Assembly: GCA_934757865.1 (NCBI GenBank)
Contig: CAKVLS010000003.1
Location: 67,180-131,179 of the forward strand
Source: an uncultured Clostridia bacterium
Lineage (GTDB): Bacteria; Bacillota; Clostridia; Christensenellales; UBA1242
Direction: 5' to 3'
DNA: 64,000 bases
Part shown: positions 47,227 to 58,900 of the stretch, piece by piece
How positions within the stretch are numbered: the stretch's first letter is position 1
Layout: the number at the start of each line of letters is the position of its first letter
Translations under genes and position numbers: made by a program
The notes under the pieces: model-generated
Seen by the model: the letters and a program-made list of their open reading frames with translations, nothing else
What the model was told of the DNA's origin: nothing
Database searches by the model: none

Positions 47227-47373
47227 AATAACATCTCCCATATATTCGCCATATTATACCGCCGGAGCGTACTTTTTGTCAATATGCAACTTTTATGGCA
47301 AGGCTATTTATGAGCCCTAAAAACTATATAAAATAAATATATTGAAATTTGATATGTGGAAATATTAATTTGA

Positions 47374-47412
47374 TAAAAAAATAGACACTATGGAGGTGTC
47401 TATCTTTTTTAT
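47374..47412 (-). terminator. intrinsic terminator (bidirectional-type)
   Basis: ATAGACAC / GTGTCTAT stem flanked by an A7 run and a T6 run. Confidence 0.65.
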
Positions 47413-47540
47413 TTTGAAATTATATGTTTGACAATTATTTAATCAAATATCTCTACAAGTATAGTTGTTTATATTTTTGATAAACTTTTGATTAGTTTCA
47501 AAAGTTAAATTTCTATTAAATATTTTTCTAGCATATTTAG

Positions 47541-47786
47541 TTACTTGCTAGCGTGCTCACTTGCAGCCCTCTTGATAAGCCTCTCTAATATGTATTGATA
47601 GTCGCCGCCAGTATAAGGCTTAACAATTAAAGACTTGTCTGTAGATTCAAGTTCTACAATTTTCAATTCCTTTGGCTCAGATAGAGTAGATATAAGCCCG
47701 AAGATTATATTGTCTAACTTCTCGGCGGTAAGAACTAAATATTTTTTGTTATCACTAAGAGTGATGATAGAATTTTTTATTTTCAT
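47541..47786 (-). CDS. small hypothetical protein (81 aa) coupled to the upstream transglutaminase-like gene
   Basis: The ATG is preceded by AAGGAG, which overlaps the stop region of the 527-aa gene. No family was assigned with confidence. Confidence 0.5.
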   Translation of the reverse strand: MKIKNSIITLSDNKKYLVLTAEKLDNIIFGLISTLSEPKELKIVELESTDKSLIVKPYTGGDYQYILERLIKRAASEHASK

Positions 47787-47796
47787 CTTAAACTCC

Positions 47797-49380
47797 TTAT
47801 AATGTAAGAGGTGCGTTGCCTGTAGGAGTGGTAGCAGTTGTTTGGTTAGCCTCAGCATTTATGTTATCGGTTAGAGTCTTAATTGAGTTATTACACATAT
47901 CTAGTATAGCGGCAGTTTCTGGGTTTTGTATATCTGCGCCACTTTCTTTTATTCCAGCAATAACTGAGTTTGTCTCATCTAATTGACAGTTTGCCCACTT
48001 AACATAATCAAATTGTGTTGCAGGCTCTACGCTTACAACTTCTACTGGTCCATCAATTTTGATTTGACTCTCGGCATCTATTACTTTTTGTCCTTGCTCG
48101 GTGGCAGATTGTATTTCTTGTGCTTGAGCTTGTACAACACTTGCCATCTCGGCGTATTTTGAGTAATCTAGCACTCCATAACTTGTGCACATATCTTTTA
48201 CTTTTTGGATTTGAGCGTCAACAGTGTCTCTTAACTCTTGATGGCTTAAATTACTTTTTGACATACTAACTATTCTGTTAACAGCGCTACGAACATTAAG
48301 GTCTGCGTCATATCTCAAAGTCTCAAAACTACAACCTACAACATCTGCCCATGAGTTGTTAATTGATCTAAGTAGAGTAGTCTTTTGTTTATCGTTCAAG
48401 TTTTCGCTAAGTTTTACGCTTCCAAATATTCCGCTAAATGCTCTGTCAAATTCTTGGCAATATGCACTTTCGCTGTATCTATCTTTTAGCTCAAAAGCAT
48501 GCTCTGCAAGCTTTCTTACACCAGTCATAATATTTTCGGTGCTAGAGCTTAGTGTTGCTGATTCTTCGGCATTAAGGTAAAGCTCGGCAGTTTTGTCTTT
48601 TTGCTTGGTAGGTTTGTACTTTTGAGTGCCGCATACTTTATTAAGAGCGTCTGCGATAAGTTTTGAATCAAACATCCCTGTTGCTTCAAAATTTTCGCCT
48701 TGCGCATCGTGGTCTTTTATTTTGTTAAAGTCCGGAAGTTGTCCAAACCATGGTAAACTATCAATGCCTTTATTTTGGATATAGTTTGCGTCCCATGTAA
48801 GGTCTAGCGGATACCAAGTGCCGTCAAACTTAATTGCGTTCCAGGTGTGAACACGAGGCTTGTTGATAATATCACACTCTATACCTAGTCTGTCCATAGC
48901 TTCTTTGAAAACGATTGCATATCCAGCGCAAACACCTTGCCCAAGAATTGTGTTTAGATTGCGGCGTTTGTCGCCAAGAGAGCCTGTTGCATCTTCGTAT
49001 CTTATATTTTCGGCAAGCTTTTTGTACATATATACAGCTTTTTCTAGATTGTTCCAAGTTGGGTCAATGCCTTGCTCATATTCTTCGAATTTAGTTATTA
49101 CGCTAGCAACTTCTGTAGGTGAATAAATTGTTCTATTTTGTATTCTGCGTTCGTTATATTTTGGCTTTTTGCTTCCATTATATCCGCCTATTATATGTAT
49201 ACTAACTTTTGGAGATAGAGCGGCGATAACTTGTGCAGATTGACCTACGGTATTTTTTAGAATAACGGTAGGATTTTTGCCATTGTTTAGAGCCTCTACA
49301 TCTTCCATTGTCAAAACTTTATCTACAATTATAGTGTTTGGAGTTTGCTCACTAGTAGTTTGTTGTGATATGTTGGCCAT
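47797..49380 (-). CDS. transglutaminase-like domain protein with helical C-terminal half (527 aa)
   Basis: GQGVCAGYAIVFKEAM (Cys), RVHTWNAIKF (His) and YPLDLTWD (Asp). No signal peptide. Confidence 0.55.
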   Translation of the reverse strand: MANISQQTTSEQTPNTIIVDKVLTMEDVEALNNGKNPTVILKNTVGQSAQVIAALSPKVSIHIIGGYNGSKKPKYNERRIQNRTIYSPTEVASVITKFEEYEQGIDPTWNNLEKAVYMYKKLAENIRYEDATGSLGDKRRNLNTILGQGVCAGYAIVFKEAMDRLGIECDIINKPRVHTWNAIKFDGTWYPLDLTWDANYIQNKGIDSLPWFGQLPDFNKIKDHDAQGENFEATGMFDSKLIADALNKVCGTQKYKPTKQKDKTAELYLNAEESATLSSSTENIMTGVRKLAEHAFELKDRYSESAYCQEFDRAFSGIFGSVKLSENLNDKQKTTLLRSINNSWADVVGCSFETLRYDADLNVRSAVNRIVSMSKSNLSHQELRDTVDAQIQKVKDMCTSYGVLDYSKYAEMASVVQAQAQEIQSATEQGQKVIDAESQIKIDGPVEVVSVEPATQFDYVKWANCQLDETNSVIAGIKESGADIQNPETAAILDMCNNSIKTLTDNINAEANQTTATTPTGNAPLTL

Positions 49381-49464
49381 GTTTTTTCTCCCTTATATTT
49401 TTAGTTTAGCATATTTTTGAGTGCAATTCTATATTTTCTCAAAAAAAAGTTGCGAATAATATAG

Positions 49465-49923
49465 TTAAACTTTTTTCCTAAGTATTGTTTTGATAGGCTC
49501 AAAGCCAAGCTTTTTGTAGCACTTTTCGGCGGCAATGTTGGTGTTTATATATGTTATCTCAAGATGAAGCGAGCCGTATGTATTACTTGCCCAGTCAGTT
49601 ACAGCTTTTATAAGAGCTGTGCCAACACCAAGTCTTCTAAAATTTTCCTTAACAAAAAGACCATCGATAGAGACTATGTTATCTTCAAATGATGTACCCT
49701 TAGTATATTCTCTAAAAGCGTACACAAAGCCTATAGGTTCGCCCTTTGCAATAGCTAAGGCAAGATATTTATTTTCGCTATCAAGAGCTCTTTTATAAAA
49801 ATCGCTCACAACAAACTTTTTGTTTATTAACTTGTCAAGTCCGCTTTCGTACTTGATAAGCTCTGTAAGAAATTCATCACAAATTTTTGCGTCTTCTATG
49901 GTGGTAACTCTTTTTATTTCCAT
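49465..49923 (-). CDS. GNAT family N-acetyltransferase
   Basis: RRLGVGTALIKAV acetyl-CoA binding motif. 152 aa from the ATG that lies 6 nt after GGAG. Confidence 0.8.
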   Translation of the reverse strand: MEIKRVTTIEDAKICDEFLTELIKYESGLDKLINKKFVVSDFYKRALDSENKYLALAIAKGEPIGFVYAFREYTKGTSFEDNIVSIDGLFVKENFRRLGVGTALIKAVTDWASNTYGSLHLEITYINTNIAAEKCYKKLGFEPIKTILRKKV

Positions 49924-50071
49924 AAACATCTCCGTATAATTTTTTGCTAAATTTTAGCAACTAATTTATATTTTTAGTATAACACCAAAAACAAAAGTTG
50001 TCATATATTTGCCATTTATTAGACATTTTTTATAGGTTTTGATATTATATTTATATATTTAGGAGGCAAAA

Positions 50072-51727
50072 ATGCTTAATCCAGCGACAATTTATCATAG
50101 GCCTAGAGGTTCTTGGGCATATGCAATAGATAATAATACCATAAGGATAACTTTGAGAGCGGGCAAAAATAGTATAAAGACTATAAAAGTAATCCACTAT
50201 GACAAGTACCGCCAAAGCGAAAAGTACGAGACCCCTATGAAAAAAGTTGCTTGCGATGGCACTTTTGATTACTGGCAATGTGAAGTCGTGCCAAAATATA
50301 AAAGGCTTGCTTATCACTTTGTGATCGGTGACAAAAATCCACTTTACTTTTCGGAAAATGGACTTACTAAAACATTTGATAATAGTACAGAGATTCATGA
50401 TTTCCAATATGCCTACATTAACCCAAACGATGTATATAAAGTACCTGAATGGTTAAGAAGTGGCTGCATTTACCAAATTTTCCCTGACGGCTTTGACAAC
50501 TTCGGCAGAAAGAAACCTCTACCAGCAGAGTACTGCGGCGGGACATTTGTCGGCATAATCAAGCACCTTAATTACCTTCACGACCTAGGCGTTACAGTTT
50601 TGTACTTTAATCCTATACACAAGTCAACTACATATCATAGATACGATATCATAGATTACTTTTCTATAGACAAAACTCTTGGCACAGAGGCAGAGTTTAG
50701 AAAGCTTGTTAATGAGTGCCATAAAAGAAAGATGAAAGTCGTTATGGATGCGGTGTTTAATCATACATCTAACCAAAATCCAATTTTCTTAGACATTTCC
50801 GAAAACGGCAAAAAATCTAGATACTACAACTGGTACATAATACATAAGATGAAAGGCAAAACCCCTGTAGAGTACGAGACTTTTGCCTTCGAAAAATATA
50901 TGCCAAAGCTTAATACCGCCAACCCAGAAGTGCGTGACTTTATACTAGACGCCCTAAAATATTGGATTAAAAAGTATGACATTGACGGTTGGAGATTTGA
51001 CGTAGGTAACGAAAAGAGTATTGAGCTTATTCGCCGTATAAGAGAAGAGCTAAAAGACCTAAAACCAGATTTTTATCTACTAGGCGAGATATGGCACAAC
51101 CCATACCCATTTGTATGCGGAGATATGTATGACGGCGTTACTAACTTTGCTCTAAAATTTCTTCTTATGGACCTTGGAAAAGAAAAAATTAGCGCTGAAA
51201 CTTTTGTTAATAGATATAACAACTACTTTTATAATTTACCATTACAAGCCAACATTGCTTCGTCTAACTTTATCTGCAACCACGACACTAAGCGTATACT
51301 TACAGAGATGGGCTCAGAGAAACTTGTTAAGTTTATTATTCCGTTCCAATTTATGCTAACAGGCATACCTACTATCTATTATGGCGAAGAACTTGGTATG
51401 GAGAATAACCCAAATTACACAGGCGACAAAGCCGCTCGTACGCTAATGGAGTGGGATAAACTAAAAGACAATACTCTTCTTGATTATTACAAAAAACTAA
51501 TCAAATTAAAGAAGACTAATAAGTGCCTAATCTTTGGTGACCAAAGAGTTTATGAAAGAGGCGGGCTTATATTTATTGAGAGAATTTTTGAGGACCAAAA
51601 AGTCACAATGGTAGCCAATTCTACCTCTAAAAAAATTAAGTTCAAAACCCCTCTTACTAACTATCTTGACGACATCAACAACGACTATATTATGCCAAAA
51701 GAAGTTAAGATTTTTATAACAAAATAA
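50072..51727 (+). CDS. GH13 alpha-glucosidase/neopullulanase-like enzyme (cytoplasmic)
   Basis: Conserved GH13 regions DAVFNHTS, DGWRFDVGNE, LLGEIWH and FICNHDTKR. RBS AGGAGG. Confidence 0.85.
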   Translation: MLNPATIYHRPRGSWAYAIDNNTIRITLRAGKNSIKTIKVIHYDKYRQSEKYETPMKKVACDGTFDYWQCEVVPKYKRLAYHFVIGDKNPLYFSENGLTKTFDNSTEIHDFQYAYINPNDVYKVPEWLRSGCIYQIFPDGFDNFGRKKPLPAEYCGGTFVGIIKHLNYLHDLGVTVLYFNPIHKSTTYHRYDIIDYFSIDKTLGTEAEFRKLVNECHKRKMKVVMDAVFNHTSNQNPIFLDISENGKKSRYYNWYIIHKMKGKTPVEYETFAFEKYMPKLNTANPEVRDFILDALKYWIKKYDIDGWRFDVGNEKSIELIRRIREELKDLKPDFYLLGEIWHNPYPFVCGDMYDGVTNFALKFLLMDLGKEKISAETFVNRYNNYFYNLPLQANIASSNFICNHDTKRILTEMGSEKLVKFIIPFQFMLTGIPTIYYGEELGMENNPNYTGDKAARTLMEWDKLKDNTLLDYYKKLIKLKKTNKCLIFGDQRVYERGGLIFIERIFEDQKVTMVANSTSKKIKFKTPLTNYLDDINNDYIMPKEVKIFITK

Positions 51728-51773
51728 CTTTAAGTTTTTTGCACAAATTAACGAAAATGCAAATTATAGAAAT

Positions 51774-51846
51774 GGGCAAAAATGCCTCAAAAATTGGCAA
51801 AAATGAGTAAAAACAGCCTAAAATTTGATAAAATCAAAAATTAAAA
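51774..51846. repeat. phased A-tract array (period about 10.4 bp)
   Basis: A-tracts begin at 51778, 51789, 51799, 51809, 51820 and 51830, with further ones at 51836 and 51843. The array lies between the GH13 stop and the terminator. Confidence 0.5.
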
Positions 51847-51852
51847 TACAAC

Positions 51853-51887
51853 AAAAAAAACGACTAAATTTTAGTCGTTTTTTTATT
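51853..51887. terminator. bidirectional intrinsic terminator
   Basis: AACGACTAAA / TTTAGTCGTT palindrome between an A8 run and a T7 run. Confidence 0.75.
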
Positions 51888-52062
51888 ATTTTGTTATGAT
51901 TTTTGTAGCAATTTTTGAGCTTAATTTTTTAATCAACTTATGCAAGTTTTTGAGACCAAAATTATACAAAAATTATTACTAATTTTGCGTTCGTATTTAG
52001 TCCAAAATTGCCATCAATTTTTTAGCAAAAATTTTTTAATAGTTAAATAATTTTTTATCTAA

Positions 52063-52704
52063 TTACTTGTTTTTGTCTACTCTTGTTTGGTTGCCGTTTT
52101 CATCAACATCGATGATGATTTGGTCTTCTTCTAGAGGCACTCTTGAGAACATATCTTTGATAGATTTTTTAGCTTTTTTAACTTTTACAGTTACCCAAAT
52201 TGTATCAATCAAGTCGCATAGACCATCAAGTATTATAGCAGCGCCAAGTATGATGAATAATACATCTTCGCTAGCTGGTACGCATACAAGTACGATACCA
52301 AAGGCAAATAGTAGGCAAGCTAGGATTGTATCAACCCACCAGTATTTTGCACCGTATCTTCTGCTATCAAAAGATGTTTGAACAGCAAATAGTCCTTTTA
52401 CAACGATGATTAGTCCGTAGATAAATCCGAACAAACCAGCGCTAGCAAGTAGGTCAGCAGAGCCAAAGAATACTAGGCTCAAAACGATGTCGATTACGCC
52501 ACCCACGAAGCCAAATGGCTCGATGCCGTATCTAAAGTAACTAACGCATTTGATGATGCCGCCAAGCATTAGTAGGCTGGCGAATAGATAAACTATTGTG
52601 GTCTTAGTGAAGTTAGGACAAGCGATAAATAGTATACCGACAACAATGCTTGTGATTGAGCTAACTAGTGACCAAGCTTTAATTTTTTTGAAAAACTCTC
52701 TCAT
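52063..52704 (-). CDS. HdeD-like (DUF308) membrane protein
   Basis: Six TM helices with Gly-rich repeats and a charged C-terminal tail. Start at the ATG after AAGGAGA. Confidence 0.6.
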   Translation of the reverse strand: MREFFKKIKAWSLVSSITSIVVGILFIACPNFTKTTIVYLFASLLMLGGIIKCVSYFRYGIEPFGFVGGVIDIVLSLVFFGSADLLASAGLFGFIYGLIIVVKGLFAVQTSFDSRRYGAKYWWVDTILACLLFAFGIVLVCVPASEDVLFIILGAAIILDGLCDLIDTIWVTVKVKKAKKSIKDMFSRVPLEEDQIIIDVDENGNQTRVDKNK

Positions 52705-52917
52705 AATTATCTCCTTTATTTTTTTTACGGTAATATTGTAGCACACTTATAAAAAATAATACAAACAAATTTTGCACTTTTGTTCAAAATTACAATTTTT
52801 TATACACTTTTTTGGTTTGGGCGGAAAACTTTTTTGGGGATTATTAAAAATTTCTGGCAAAACTAGCCGCCGCCCATTTCAAAGTTGTATAAAGGGTGTT
52901 AAAAATGTCAAAATCAG

Positions 52918-52946
52918 TTGAGAAATTGATAATTATAGTATATTAT
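52918..52946 (+). promoter_or_regulatory. possible promoter (TTGAGA-17-TATTAT) of the 3317-aa gene
   Basis: Hexamers with a 17-nt spacer, located 36 nt upstream of the ATG. RBS AAGGTG. Confidence 0.45.
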
Positions 52947-52981
52947 ATAGATGTAAATCTATACTATGGATAAGGTGTACT

Positions 52982-55900
52982 ATGGGAGATATGAATTGGG
53001 AAGACACCGAGAGAGGCGGTCACCTAAAAAAATTTTTCATAAAAATGCTTGTATTTTTGCTAGTAATTGCCATTGCGGTAGTCGCAGTGATTTTTTTGCG
53101 TCCTAAAAAAGAATATTACAATGTAGGAGTTACTGGCGAAACTTATTGCATTCCGCATTTGACGGGCGAAGGCAAATATGAAAGTGGTAAGACTATAACA
53201 ATTTCTGCAGATGACATACCGGGGTATGCATTCAGGAACTGGACTCTTAATGGAGAAGTAGTTTCTACAGATGCAGAATATACCTTTGTAGTTAAAAAAG
53301 AGACTTCTGGTACATATATCGCAAATTACGAGGCTATAAATTATAGCGTGCGTATGTTAGGCATCTATGGTGCTTTTAGCGTTACACCTACTGCCAATGT
53401 CGGCGACCTTATCGAGATAAAAGACATAACACCTAACGAAGGCTATGAAGCCGGTAGAGCATATTACACCCTAGACACCAATACTGAAGAAATTACAATC
53501 GTTAATAATAAATTCTACATGCCAGCAGGAGATGTTAGAGTAATTGTAGAGTTTAACCCTATCACATACACAATAGAATACGAGCTAGACGAAGGCAAGT
53601 TTGAAGAAGGCACAACTGTCGTAAGTACATATAATATCAAAACTACAAGCTTTACTTTGCCTAAGCCTACTAAGTTTGGTTACGACTTCATAGGTTGGAC
53701 GGGCCCAAACCTTAACTATCCAACAGAGACTGTAACCATAAGAAGAGGCTCTACTGGCAATCGTAAATATACAGCCAACTATGAGTATCATACATATTCT
53801 ATCACTAATGTAAATGGCCAAAACGGAACAATCACTGTAGATAGCAGCGCAAAATACAAGTCAACAGTCGGTGTTAGTGTTACAGCAAATGGCGGCTTTG
53901 GACTTTCGGAATTATACTATATCTTAGAGGGTACCGATACCAAAGTTCCAATCATAGACAATGCCTTTGAGATGCCAGCAGGCAACGTAACTATTTATTC
54001 AACATTTAGCAAAATAGGCTATACTATCAAACTTGCAAATATAACTCATGGTAGCGTAAACATAGATAAGACAAGCGCTTACCTTGGCGAAAGTGTTGGT
54101 ATTAGAGTTCAAGCAGATACAGCATACAGATTTAGCCGCAGCTACTATGTAGTAGATGGCAGCGTTGAGCAGAGAGAGTTTAGCGGCTCGTTCTATATGC
54201 CAGGCGGTAATGTAACTGTTGTCGTAGAGTTTACCCCAGAAATTTATTCACTTAAACTTAACCTAAATGGTGGTAAATTGAATGGCGTAAGTTATGACGG
54301 CATTTACGAATATATGACCTATACCGTAGAGAGCAACAGAATAGTTCTTCCTACTCCAGATGAGAGAGAAGATTACGAGTTCTTAGGTTGGTCAGGTACA
54401 GATATTTTACCAGAAGGCTCTTATGTTCTAAGTTATGTTATTCCAAGAGGTTCTTGGGGCGAGAGAACATATTCTGCTAACTGGAAAATAAGAACTTACA
54501 AAATTACTTTCAACAACTATGACGGCTCAGAGCTTCTTGTACTTCCAGCAGTTGAGCACGGTACTATTCCACAATATGTAGGCACTCCTACTAAGCCATC
54601 TACAGAAGAATATGACTATATCTTCAATGGCTGGAGTCCATCACTTGTTGCCGCAACCAAAGAAGCTATCTACACCGCAACCTTTACCCAAAAATTACAC
54701 GAATACACCATAACATTTGATTCTTGTGGCGGCGAAAGTGTTAACCCGTATATAAGACATTATAACGATAATATCGGCACTATGCCAACCCCTACAAGAA
54801 GAGGTTACAACTTAGAAGGCTGGTTTACTAGAGCAGAGGGCGGCGCTCAAATGATAGCTAGTGACAAAGTAACTGCAGACGCAACATACTACGCTCACTG
54901 GTCACTAGTAGAGTATACTGTAGAGATAGACCTAGCCGGCGGAAGTTTCTCTGGCCAAACTTCATTTACTTATAATGTAACTAGCGAAGATATAGCTATC
55001 CAAAGACCTTCTAAGACTGGTTATACATTTACTGGATTTACTGGCACAGAATTGTCAGAAAAGACGCTAGACGTAACTATTGCTCAAGGATCTGTCGGCA
55101 ATAGAGTATACCTTGCTACTTATGAGGCTATCAAGTACACAATTAAGTGGCTTAACTATGACGGCTCAACATTACTAGAAGAGCAAGTAGCTTATGACAC
55201 TATGCCAGAGTACTCAGGCGAAAAGCCAACTAAGCCAAGAGATACAGAGTATAGCTATGTATTTAATAATGTATGGCAACCAGCTATTACCAAAGTAACT
55301 GGTAACGCAAGTTATACAGCACAATTTGAGGCAGTAACTAACGGCTACACAATTTCATTTGATTCTCGTGGCGGTAGTGATGTCCATGAGATAACCAAAG
55401 ATTACAACAAAGAAATAGGAACACTTCCAATTCCAACATTTGATGGTTATACATTTGACGGCTGGTACACCGCAGTAACCGGCGGAGATAAGTTAACCGA
55501 AACAACCAAGGTAACAGAAGATAAAACATACTATGCTCATTGGAGCGTTATCACATATACAATTTCATACTCACTAGACGGCGGAACAGGTACAGGCGTT
55601 ACAAGCTATACTGTCGAGACCGAAACATTTACGCTATTTACCCCAACCAAAACAGGTTACGCCTTTGTAGGTTGGACAGGCACAGACCTTACTAGCGCAA
55701 CCGTAGAGGTTGTGATCGAAAAAGGCTCAATCGGCAATAGATCATACACCGCTAACTGGTCACAAAGTGCATTTAATATATCAAAAGGTACAGTAACTAA
55801 CGGCACAATTGATGCCCCAGCCAATGCATTTATGGGCGCAACCGTTACAATTACCGCAACACCAGCTGAAGGCTACGAAGTTTCTAACTACTATTATATC

Positions 55901-58900
55901 GCAGCCGGCTCAACCGAAAAAGTAACCGCGACAAATGGCAGCTTCACAATGCCAGCTAGCGATGTTACAGTTTATGCAGAATTTGTAAAAGCTACATTCA
56001 CAATCACTATTGCAGACACAACTAACGGACTAGTTAAGAGTAGTAAGACTTCTGCAACTATGGGCGAAGAAATCACTTTGACCATAACAGCAGACAATGG
56101 CTATTTTGCTAATAGCGTAAGTTATAGACTAGCAGGAAGCACTCAAGATATTACTATTACTAATAGCAAATTCACAATGCCAGCAAGTAATATAACTGTG
56201 TATGTAGTGTTTGGTTTTAGAAATTATACTATTACCAAAGGCACAATAGCTAACGGCACATTGACAGTTCCAGATACAGCTAAATACAAAGACACAGTTA
56301 CTGTAACCGCAACACCAGCCACTGGCTACGAGCTAACAGCTCTATACTACTACCTAGAAGGCGACAATACTACTAAGATAACCGTTACTGATAACAAGTT
56401 CACAATGCCAGCTAGCAACATAACCATCTATGCAGAGTTCACTGCTATGACTAAGGTAACAGTAGATATAGAGGGCACTATTAGAAGCTTCCCATGTGCT
56501 AAGGGCGCTAAACTAGAAGATATTCTTCCAGAAGATCTAAACGAGCACAACACAAGCGGCTACTATACCGAGGACGAAAGCGGCGACCGTACATACTATG
56601 ACGCAAGTTATGTAGTAACCGGAGATATAACCCTAAAGACACACCTTGCAACCCTAGACAAATTAACCTTCACTGCCGACAACGCAAGCAGTCCAACAAG
56701 CTACAGCGTTAAGGGTAGTGACAACACTGCAACATCAATCGTAATCCCTAAACTATACAATAACTTACCAGTTAAGGCGATAGCTGAAGCCGCGTTTAGT
56801 AAATATGAAAAGTTAACAAAACTTGAGATGTCTAATACTATTGAATTAATCGGCTTGAAAGGTAGCGGTGAATCAACCTGGGCTAGAATTATAAATGACT
56901 CTCTAATAACCTCAATTTATTTGTCAGAAAATGTTAAAACTATATATCCAGGAGCCTTCAGCGGGGTTCAATTAACGTCTATAAAAGTCTCTAAAAACAA
57001 TACTTCTTACAAAGTCGTAAATGATTGCCTATTAACTTTTGATGGCGAAAGTTTGATAGCAGGATGCTCAGGAGATATAACTATTCCAAGTAGCGTAAAG
57101 ACTATTGAAGCTCATGCTTTTGATCAGAATATGGTAACATCAATAACCTTTAATGAAGTACTAGAAACTATAAATAGTTATGCATTTTACAAAAATAAAC
57201 TTAGTCAAATTACTTTCCCATTAACGCTAAAAGAAATTGGGGGTAGTGCCTTTGCATACGGTTCACTTGAAGAAGTTGTATTTAACGAAGGATTAGAGGA
57301 TATAAGGGAAGATGCTTTTACTAATGGAAAAATTAAAGACCTTAATATACCAAAGACTGTTAAAATAATTGAAAAAAATCCATTTAAAAATATTGGATAT
57401 CTTGAAACAATAACCGTAGTAGAAGGGAATTCATATTACAAGTCTGTAGATAACTGCTTATTGACTATAGATGGAGAATACTTAATTACCGGTTGTAAAA
57501 ATTCGGCGATTCCTAATACTGTAAAAGAAATAAAAGAATATGCTTTTGCTAATGTTAACCTAAGAAAAATTAATATTCCTAATGGAGTAGAAAGAATAGA
57601 AAAATATGCCTTTTTTGAGGTACCTTTGGATGAAGTATTTTTACCTTCCAGCATTTCAGAAGTTGGACTTGGTGCTTTTATGACCCTAGAAAGTTTAGTA
57701 ACCGTTTATCTAAATAACACATACTGTTATACTAATGCTGATGGTGGTTTTTATGATGACCTTGGACAAGTTCTTGGACATGCAACCAAAGTCTATGTCC
57801 TAGCGTCAGTTGATGATGGCTCTAACGCATACCTAAGCGATACTACTAAATTCCCATACGTATACGCAGGTATTATGTACAATGGCAATACTTACAAATT
57901 GTACAGCAAAGAAAAGGTAGAGTTAGTTACAGTAACTCTTACAGTAGACGGGGTAGAGCATACTTATGATGGCTTTAAGAATAGTACTCTAGCATCTGCC
58001 TTACCAGAAGAGTACAATGAGTATAATACTAGCGGTTACTATATCGAGCTTGACAATGGCGACCGTGATTACTATGATGGCGATTATGTATTGACCGCTC
58101 CAATATCTTTAACAACCCATGTGGCTACTCTTGACAAAATAAGATTTAGTAAATTAGGCTCAGGTTATAAAGCTGGCTTCAAAAACACATCAATTACAGG
58201 AGATTATGTAATCCCTAGATTATATGACGGTTTACCTGTTATACAGATTGAAAGCCGTTCTAGTTATTCTTTTGGTAGTAGTAAGACTGTTAATATCACA
58301 AGCATAGAATATCCTTCTTCTATTACATTTATTGGTTCCAATGCGCTAACGGATACGAAAATACAATCTCTATTTGTAAGTAAAAATATTGTAAACTTTA
58401 ACTTGGGTATCACAGTAAAATGTAATGAACTAAAAAGTATAAAAGTAGATACTAGAAATGCAAAGTACAAAGATTATAATCAAAATTGTGTTTTAACTAT
58501 CGATGGCAAGACTTTGATCTCTGGAACAAAAAATACCACCGAAATTCCTTCTGGAGTAACTAAAATAGAAAATGATGCTTTTCATGCACTTACTAGCTTA
58601 AGATCTATAATTATAACTGAGGGAGTTACAACGATTGGACACGATGCTTTTGCATATACTGGATTAACACAAGTTGTGTTGCCTAAGAGCTTAACCAAGA
58701 TTAACTGGAGAGCTTTTATGAATTGTTACGGTTTAACTAAAATAACCGTTGCAGAAGGAAATATTACTTATAAATCTGTAAATGATAATTGTGTTTTGAG
58801 TGCTGATGGTACAAAACTAATTACATGGACTAAAGAAGTAACTATTCCTGATACCGTTACAAGCATAGAATCTTATGGAGCTATCACAATAACAGATAAA

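Noticed and set aside
50051-50407. 118-aa minus-strand ORF overlapping the start of the GH13 gene
   Set aside because: It overlaps a gene carrying all four GH13 signature regions and a strong RBS. No independent support.
52818-52826. GC-rich word TGGGCGG recurring in AT-rich spacers (also near 2228 and 63313)
   Set aside because: There are only three copies with no consistent position relative to promoters. That is too little evidence to call it a site.
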